From contig CAZHYN010000006.1 of assembly GCA_964536865.1 (NCBI GenBank), positions 39,172 to 71,171 of the forward strand: 32,000 nt of DNA, given 5' to 3'. Within the stretch, counting starts at the first letter, position 1. Every line of letters begins with the position of its first letter. Both the position numbers and the translations under genes were made by a program. The notes below the pieces were generated by a model. That model did no database searches and was not told the DNA's origin. It saw only the letters and a program-made list of their open reading frames with translations. The stretch is from an uncultured Planctomycetia bacterium (GTDB lineage Bacteria > Omnitrophota > Gorgyraeia > Duberdicusellales > 4484-171). Positions 25,927-32,000 of the stretch are shown piece after piece.

Positions 25927-26931
25927 GTGTCTTCATCAAAAGTTACTATAAATGAAGTTGCCCGGCAGGCAGGGGTATCTATTGCTACTGTTTCACGTTT
26001 TTTGTCCCATCCCTTTTCTGTAAAAGAAAAAAATAGAAGAAAGATAGAAAAAGTTATAAGGGAGTTGAATTATCATCCTCTCATTTATGCTCGCAAGTTA
26101 GCAGGAGGAAGACTGGGGGTTTATGGGCTGATTATTCCAGGATACGAAGGAATATTTAACTCTTTTTATGCTTTAGAGTTGATAAAAGGAGTGGGGTTCA
26201 GCTTAGAGAAAAAAAATATAGATGTTTATCTTCATATATTTTGGAGTAAAGATAGGTTTAATACATCTTTAGTAGATGGTGTTATTTTTGCTGATATTAT
26301 CACTAACCAGGAGCAATTGAAGAGAATATTGAGAGAAAAATTGCCTTGTGTAGTAATAAATAGAAAAATAGAGGAGTTTGATGCCAGTTTCGTAGCAGTG
26401 GATAATTTTAAAGGTGCTTATCAAGCTACAGAGTATTTAATAGCTCAAGGACATAAAAGAATCGCTCACCTTGCCGGTGATTTGCAAGTTCAATGTGCCC
26501 GGGAAAGAATAGAGGGTTACAAGTCCGCGTTGATAGAGAATAAAATCAGAGTTAGCGATAATTATATAAAGGTGGCAAATTTTTCTTATCTAGAGGCAAG
26601 GAAGTGTTTAGAAGAGCTTTTCGCTTCTTCTAGACCTCCCACCGCTGTGTTTGCTGCTAGCGATGAGATGGCTGAAGAGGTAGTTAACTTTGCTAACCGT
26701 TATAAAATAAAAGTTCCCGAACAACTTTCGGTTATTGGATTTGATGATAATCCCCTATGTATTCAAGGTGAGATTAAACTTTCCACAGTGAGGCAACCTT
26801 TAAGAGAAATGGCCTCCTTAGGAGTAGACATCTTGAGAAAACAAATAGAGAAAAAAGAAGGCGTGAAGAGAATAGTACTTCCTTCTCAGTTAGTAATAAG
26901 AGAGAGTGTTGCTCCTCTTAGGAGAAGCTGA
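25927..26931 (+). CDS. LacI-family transcriptional regulator
   Basis: GTG start. HTH VTINEVARQAGVSIATVSRFLS, followed by a periplasmic-binding-protein-like sugar-binding fold (VIGFDD). Confidence 0.88.
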   Translation: MSSSKVTINEVARQAGVSIATVSRFLSHPFSVKEKNRRKIEKVIRELNYHPLIYARKLAGGRLGVYGLIIPGYEGIFNSFYALELIKGVGFSLEKKNIDVYLHIFWSKDRFNTSLVDGVIFADIITNQEQLKRILREKLPCVVINRKIEEFDASFVAVDNFKGAYQATEYLIAQGHKRIAHLAGDLQVQCARERIEGYKSALIENKIRVSDNYIKVANFSYLEARKCLEELFASSRPPTAVFAASDEMAEEVVNFANRYKIKVPEQLSVIGFDDNPLCIQGEIKLSTVRQPLREMASLGVDILRKQIEKKEGVKRIVLPSQLVIRESVAPLRRS

Positions 26932-26991
26932 TTGAAATTAGTGTAGTTCTTTTAAAATTGGGGTTAAATGAATGTCTTTTTACCCTCTTTT

Positions 26992-27039
26992 TTTCTACAT
27001 TTTGTATCTTGTTTAGAAAAATACTACTATATATGGTAT
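26992..27039. promoter_or_regulatory. candidate tandem NrdR boxes upstream of nrdJ
   Basis: Counted by eye against the consensus acaCwAtATaTwGtgt. CTACTATATATGGTAT (27024-27039) matches about 12/16 and TTTCTACATTTTGTAT (26992-27007) about 10/16. Centre-to-centre spacing is 32 bp. Confidence 0.3.
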
Positions 27040-27045
27040 TTTTTC

Positions 27046-27073
27046 TTGACATTTCTCTATTTGGTGGTAAATT
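27046..27073 (+). promoter_or_regulatory. sigma70-like promoter of nrdJ
   Basis: -35 TTGACA (27046-27051), 16-nt spacer, extended -10 TGgTAAATT (27065-27073). SD AAAGGAG lies before the ATG at 27113. Confidence 0.5.
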
Positions 27074-27112
27074 AAAAATTGTTCTTTCTTAAATTATAAG
27101 AAAGGAGTTAAG

Positions 27113-29392
27113 ATGGATGATACGCTCAATTTTTCTCCCAATGCCTTATTGGTTTTAAGAAAACGATATCTTAAGAAAGACAAAGAGGGGAAGGTAGTAG
27201 AGACTCCTTATCAGTTAGTAGCAAGAGTAGCTAAGGTGATTGCGGCTGTAGAGAAGAGATACGGAGCTAGTAAAGAGGCAGTAAGAGAGGTAGAACAGGC
27301 TTTCTTTAGTATGATGGCAAATCTAGAGTTTATGCCTAACTCTCCTACCCTTATGAATGCGGGAAGAGAATTGGGTCAACTTTCTGCCTGTTTTGTAGTA
27401 CCCGTAGAAGACTCTATGGAGTCTATATTCGATGCTATAAAAGCTACTGCTTTAATCCACAAAACAGGAGGTGGTACAGGGTTTAGTTTCTCTAGATTGC
27501 GTTCTAAAAATAGTGTAGTAAGATCTACAGGTGGAGTTGCTTCAGGACCAGTTTCTTTTATGAGAGTTTTTGATTCAGCAACTCAAGCAGTAAAGCAAGG
27601 AGGTACTCGACGTGGAGCAAATATGGGTATTTTAAGAGTTGATCACCCTGATATATTAGAGTTTATCAGATGTAAGGAAAAAGAAGGAGAGATTTCTAAT
27701 TTTAATATATCTGTAGCAGTAACTGATGAATTTATGGAGAAGGTATTTAAAAGTGAAGAGTATAACTTGATCGATCCTCATACTAAAGAGGTAAAGGGAA
27801 GATTAAGTGCAAAAGAGGTATTTGATCTGATAGCTACTTATGCTTGGAAAAATGGAGAACCGGGGATCGTCTTCATAGATAGAGTTAATAAATTTAATCC
27901 CATTCCTCACTTAGGAGAAATTGAGTCTACCAATCCTTGTGGAGAGCAGCCCCTTTTACCTTATGAGAGTTGTAATCTGGGATCGATAAATTTAGCTAAG
28001 ATGGTTAAGAATAAAGGAGATCAATTTGAGATTGATTGGGATAAGTTAGCTAAAATAAGTCGCCTAGCTACAAGATTTTTAGACAATGTTATAGATGCTA
28101 ATAAATTTCCTCTTCCTCAGATAAAGGAGAATACTTTGAAGACAAGAAAAATTGGTTTGGGAATAATGGGTTGGGCAACAATGTTAGGATTTTTGGGGAT
28201 TCCCTACGATAGTCCTCAAGCTTTAGAGTTAGCAAAAAGACTTATGAAGTTTATCTATGACAATGCTAAAGAGGCCTCTGTTCTTCTTGCACGAGAAAGA
28301 GGGGTATTCCCCAGTTGGAGGAAAAGTGTTTGGGAAAAACAGGGGATAAAAATAAGAAATGCTACCCTAACTACTATTGCTCCTACCGGCTCAATAAGCA
28401 TTATTGCCGGTCCTACCTCTACGGGGGTTGAACCTTTCTATTCTCTGGTTTACTTTAGAAATATCTTAGACGGAGAGAAACTTATGGAAATAGAACCTAG
28501 TTTTGAGTACGTTGCCAGAAAAAGAGGTTTCTATTCACAAGATTTAATGGAGAGGATAGCCAAGGGAGAAAGTATTCAGAGGATGGAGGAGGTTCCTAAA
28601 GATGTGAAAGAGATATTTAAAACTGCTTTAGAGATAGAACCGCTTACTCATGTAAAGATGCAAGCAGCTTTTCAGGAGTTTACCGATAATGCTGTGTCTA
28701 AGACTATAAATCTTCCTAATCAAGCTAAAGTAGAGGATGTAAGAGAAGCGTTCCTCTATGCTTATAAGTTGGGATGCAAGGGTATTACCCTCTATAGAGA
28801 TGGTTCAAGGAAAGTTCAAGTTTTAACTGTAGAGAAGGAGAAGAAGGAGAAAGTGTCTTCTAAAGTTGTAGTGGCTCAACTCAAACCTCGTCCAGAGGTA
28901 ATTGTGGGAACTACTACTAAGATTACTACTGGGTGTGGAAACCTTTATGTTACTGTTAATCAGGACAATGAAGGTAACTTGTTTGAGGTTTTTATTCAGA
29001 TGGGCAAAGCAGGGGGATGCGCTGCTTCTCAGTTGGAAGCTATCGGAAGACTTATCTCTTTAGCTCTAAGGGGAGGAGTGGATATAAAAGTTATTATTGA
29101 GCAACTAAAAGGAATAAGGTGCCCTTCACCTAATTGGGCTAATGGAAAAAGAATCTTTTCCTGTGCTGATGCTATCGCTCGAGTATTAGAGAAAAGAGCA
29201 GCCGACCAAAAAGAATTAGTGAAAGTAAAGATGCCTGTATCTCAACCAGTAGCAGCAAATTTAACTACTTCCTCTTTTGACAATTCAGATTTATTACCTA
29301 CAGTTATTGGAGTATGTCCTGATTGTGGTTCTGCTTTACGACATCAGGAGGGTTGTGTAGTCTGTGATAGTTGTGGATATTCTAAGTGCTGA
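27113..29392 (+). CDS. nrdJ: class II (adenosylcobalamin-dependent) ribonucleotide reductase
   Basis: NSPTLMNAG, SACFV, NPCGEQPLLPYESCNLGSINL, AVSKTINLP, and a C-terminal zinc ribbon CPDCGS...CVVCDSCGYSKC. 759 aa. Confidence 0.92.
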   Translation: MDDTLNFSPNALLVLRKRYLKKDKEGKVVETPYQLVARVAKVIAAVEKRYGASKEAVREVEQAFFSMMANLEFMPNSPTLMNAGRELGQLSACFVVPVEDSMESIFDAIKATALIHKTGGGTGFSFSRLRSKNSVVRSTGGVASGPVSFMRVFDSATQAVKQGGTRRGANMGILRVDHPDILEFIRCKEKEGEISNFNISVAVTDEFMEKVFKSEEYNLIDPHTKEVKGRLSAKEVFDLIATYAWKNGEPGIVFIDRVNKFNPIPHLGEIESTNPCGEQPLLPYESCNLGSINLAKMVKNKGDQFEIDWDKLAKISRLATRFLDNVIDANKFPLPQIKENTLKTRKIGLGIMGWATMLGFLGIPYDSPQALELAKRLMKFIYDNAKEASVLLARERGVFPSWRKSVWEKQGIKIRNATLTTIAPTGSISIIAGPTSTGVEPFYSLVYFRNILDGEKLMEIEPSFEYVARKRGFYSQDLMERIAKGESIQRMEEVPKDVKEIFKTALEIEPLTHVKMQAAFQEFTDNAVSKTINLPNQAKVEDVREAFLYAYKLGCKGITLYRDGSRKVQVLTVEKEKKEKVSSKVVVAQLKPRPEVIVGTTTKITTGCGNLYVTVNQDNEGNLFEVFIQMGKAGGCAASQLEAIGRLISLALRGGVDIKVIIEQLKGIRCPSPNWANGKRIFSCADAIARVLEKRAADQKELVKVKMPVSQPVAANLTTSSFDNSDLLPTVIGVCPDCGSALRHQEGCVVCDSCGYSKC

Positions 29393-29471
29393 TAGTTCTT
29401 AAATCTTACATTAAATTTCTCTAAGTTAATAAAAATTAACCATCAACATCAAATAGTAAGGAGGAAAACCA

Positions 29472-30746
29472 ATGAAGAAGATTTTTTATGTGATTTTAGA
29501 TGGCATAGGAGATTTACCCATTTCTGAATTACAGGATAAGACTCCTTTAGAAAGTGCCTCTACTCCTTATATGGACTATTTAGCTAAAGAAGGAGTGCAG
29601 GGAGTAATTTATCCTGTAGGTAAGGATGTTGCTCCTGAGTCAGATATCGCTGTTATTTCTCTCTTAGGTTATGATGCTCAAAAAACTTATACAGGTAGAG
29701 GTCCCCTTGAGGCCTATGCTACTGGAGTTAAAATAAACGATGGTGACTTAGCGTTGAGGGTAAACTTTGCTACTGTAGAGATTACTTCTAGAAAGATTCT
29801 CGATCGTAGAGTAGGACGATCACTTTCTAGCGAGGAAGCGAAATCTTTAGCAGAGGAAATTAATCAGAAAGTAAAATTAGAAGATGCAGAATTTATATTT
29901 AAGAGTACGGTGGGACACAGAGGAGTCTTAGTAATTAAGAGAAATAAAGACTTAAGTGGGTTTATTACTAATACCGATCCTGCTTATGGAAGAGAAGGAG
30001 TTTTTGGAGTTGCCTTAGAGGAATTTATCCCCTACCTCGCTTCTGCAAAGCCTATGTCTGGGTACGAAGAGGATGAAAGAGCACAGTTAGCAGCCAAATT
30101 AGTTAATGAGTTTACAGAGAAATCAATGAAAGTTTTAAATGATTCTTCAGTAAATATAGAAAGAAGAAAAAAGGGATTATTACCTGCAAACGTTATTCTT
30201 TCCAGGGATGCGGGAAGCAGTTTACCTAAATTTAAACCTATAGAAGAGTTGACTTCTCTTAAATTTGGTTGTTTTGTTCAGATGCCTGTAGAGAGAGGCA
30301 TCGCTTTATTGTGCGGTATGGATGTGGTAGATGTTCCTCTTCCTTCAGGAGATTTAAAAAAGGACTATATCCTGTGGGCAGATTTAGCTTTGGATAATAT
30401 TCAGAAATTTGATGCTCTTTACATTCACATAAAGGGACCAGATGAACCGGCACATGATGGAGACTTTTTGAAGAAGAAAGAGATAATTGAACTAATTGAT
30501 AAATATTTTTTTAAAACTCTACTAGGGAGGATAGATAAAAATACCTGTATTATTTGTGTTACAGGAGATCATTCTACTCCTTGCAAGCTGAAAGCCCATT
30601 CTGCCGATCCTGTTCCTGTCTTGGTCTATGGGAAGGAGAAGGATTCTACAGTTTCTTTCGGTGAAACGGAAGCAAAGAAAGGAATTTTAGGTCATTTTTT
30701 AGGGAGAGAGTTGATTTACAAACTCACAGAATTTGCTAAGCAGTAA
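29472..30746 (+). CDS. apgM: cofactor-independent phosphoglycerate mutase, archaeal type
   Basis: ILDGIGD, TYTGRGPLEA, HIKGPDEPAHDGD, TGDHSTP. Strong SD TAAGGAGG. Confidence 0.85.
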   Translation: MKKIFYVILDGIGDLPISELQDKTPLESASTPYMDYLAKEGVQGVIYPVGKDVAPESDIAVISLLGYDAQKTYTGRGPLEAYATGVKINDGDLALRVNFATVEITSRKILDRRVGRSLSSEEAKSLAEEINQKVKLEDAEFIFKSTVGHRGVLVIKRNKDLSGFITNTDPAYGREGVFGVALEEFIPYLASAKPMSGYEEDERAQLAAKLVNEFTEKSMKVLNDSSVNIERRKKGLLPANVILSRDAGSSLPKFKPIEELTSLKFGCFVQMPVERGIALLCGMDVVDVPLPSGDLKKDYILWADLALDNIQKFDALYIHIKGPDEPAHDGDFLKKKEIIELIDKYFFKTLLGRIDKNTCIICVTGDHSTPCKLKAHSADPVPVLVYGKEKDSTVSFGETEAKKGILGHFLGRELIYKLTEFAKQ

Positions 30747-30747
30747 A

Positions 30748-30870
30748 ACCCCGAACCACGCCTTTCCAGGCGTGGCTTTGGGACACCCTTTGGGTTTTTT
30801 GATATACATTCATCCACGCCTTTACCCCGCCCTTTCCTTAAAAGAGGGATGGCTTTCTGTGGTTCGGGGT
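30748..30870. repeat. 123-bp GC-rich element bounded by 12-bp inverted repeats (MITE/REP-like or structured RNA)
   Basis: ACCCCGAACCAC (30748-30759) / GTGGTTCGGGGT (30859-30870). Inner hairpin CCACGCC (30756-30762) / GGCGTGG (30769-30775). Direct repeat CCACGCCTTT at 30756 and 30814. T6 run at 30795-30800. Confidence 0.55.
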
Positions 30871-31181
30871 GAAAAACATCTTAGTTAGCTCTGGTGAAGT
30901 AACAGAAAGGAAAATTTTTTAAATCATCCCTATCATAATATAGAAGATCCTAGATTATGTATTAAACTTCCCCTGCACAATCGATGAGACATTTAAAAGA
31001 GTGTTTGATGAGAAGACTAGTTTAGCAAAATTATTTAGCTATATTAATATTTGATTAAATTAATAGTTAATATTATTAAATATATGAGCACCATTAAAAA
31101 ACAGCAGAGGAAATTATTCATCTTATCCCAAAGTTTATTGTAGGAATACGTACATCTTTTTTTGAAGTAGAAGAGTGTTAC

Positions 31182-31229
31182 TACTACGTCAAGATGTTAA
31201 ATTTTTACTACGTAAAAATGTTAAATTTT
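31182..31229. repeat. 24-bp tandem direct repeat (2 copies) abutting the transposase 3' end
   Basis: TACTACGTCAAGATGTTAAATTTT (31182-31205) and TACTACGTAAAAATGTTAAATTTT (31206-31229): 22/24 identical. Confidence 0.8.
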
Positions 31230-32000
31230 AAACACCACATAATCGGTATTCTCTCTGATTAAGAAACCTTTCTATTCTTTTCTTAGATTTATAGATTTTG
31301 TTGTTCTTTGATAATTTGGTAGCATGAATTAACTCTTCCTGATAAAAGATGTAAATTCTTCCATCCTCAAGTAAACAAACCTTAACTACACATTTAGCAA
31401 AAGATAGCCTATATTGAGTAGGAGGAAGTTGTATAATTTGACCTTCAAATTTAATAGTATTGTCAAAGTTAATCTTTCTTGTATATTTCTTACAAAAGAT
31501 AAAATCAAGATTAATTCCTTCTGGCAAAGGTTTATATACACTCTCTACCCCTTCTAAATGGGCAAATTTTTTATTATGATAGGCGATATACTCTTTCTTG
31601 AAATCTATTTGCCTCCTCGTAATCTTTTATCTTTCTTAATCTCATCTCTTTAATCAATCTATTCTGAAAAGTGCCAAATAATCTTTCAACTCTTCCCTTT
31701 GCTTGAGACAAATTTCCAGAATAAGGTTAATATCTAATTCTTCTAGAACTCTTTCTATCTGAGTTTGGTCTTGTTCGGAGTCTATATTAACATGTAACCC
31801 TCCATATCTCGTAGTTTTAAAATGAGAGGCTTTATCTACATACAAACAGTAAAAAATCCCTTTATTTTCACAGTTTCTATTACTTCCATACAAGGAAATA
31901 CTCTCTTATAGGGATAGAATTTGGCAAAAAGCACCTCCCTTTGTTGCATCATCAATAGTAGCAATAAGCTACCAGGGTTTATCAATAAAAGGTAGCCATC
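31228..32000 (-). pseudogene. frameshifted DDE (rve/integrase-core type) transposase remnant that runs off the window
   Basis: Conserved pieces are readable only by switching frames. They are IATIDDAT, LYVDKASHFKTTR, SQAKGRVERLFGTFQNRLIKEMRL (a different frame from track ORF 31654-31893), EYIAYHNKKF, and then track ORF 31228-31527. There is an in-frame TAG near 31970 and at least 3 frameshifts. Confidence 0.8.

Noticed and set aside
26932-27112. Cobalamin riboswitch upstream of the B12-dependent nrdJ
   Set aside because: No B12-box-like GC-rich core is present. The region is very AT-rich and only 181 nt long, and it is better explained by a promoter plus possible NrdR boxes.
27113-29392. Intein inside nrdJ
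   Set aside because: The 759-aa length and the uninterrupted conserved motifs are normal for monomeric class II RNRs, and no Cys/Ser...HN splice-junction block was seen.

Overview
AT-rich bacterial chromosomal segment, probably from an anaerobic diderm (Rnf complex, Omp85-type and other predicted outer-membrane proteins). The organism cannot be named from the sequence alone. The gene content is mostly housekeeping. On the + strand: a c-di-GMP signalling protein (degenerate GGDEF plus HD-GYP), hemW, an MFS transporter, rnfCDGEAB followed by an RseC-like gene, purN, eno, ftsB, class II ribonucleotide reductase (nrdJ), and an archaeal-type cofactor-independent phosphoglycerate mutase. On the - strand: a block with three radical SAM enzymes, a GT2 glycosyltransferase, a 1012-aa C45-hydrolase/alpha-beta-hydrolase/Omp85-barrel fusion, and dgkA. 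A further + strand cluster holds a large TPR-plus-barrel outer-membrane protein, a degenerate ROK protein, a coiled-coil protein and a LacI regulator. A heavily frameshifted DDE transposase lies at the right edge. The most unusual signal is non-coding. All three tRNA genes (Phe-GAA, Thr-CGU, initiator Met) are flanked by orphan pieces of tRNA. Behind tRNA-Phe and tRNA-fMet these pieces form modules with a 125-128 nt period. Each intact module ends in an exact copy of the tRNA from T-loop C56 to the mature 3' end, preceded by the same nested-hairpin architecture built from unrelated sequences. tRNA-Phe also has a displaced exact 5' half followed by a compact three-way-junction fold. These could be miniature integrase-type att scars or cis-mobilizable elements, or a co-transcribed structured RNA family. 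The sequence alone cannot decide between these.
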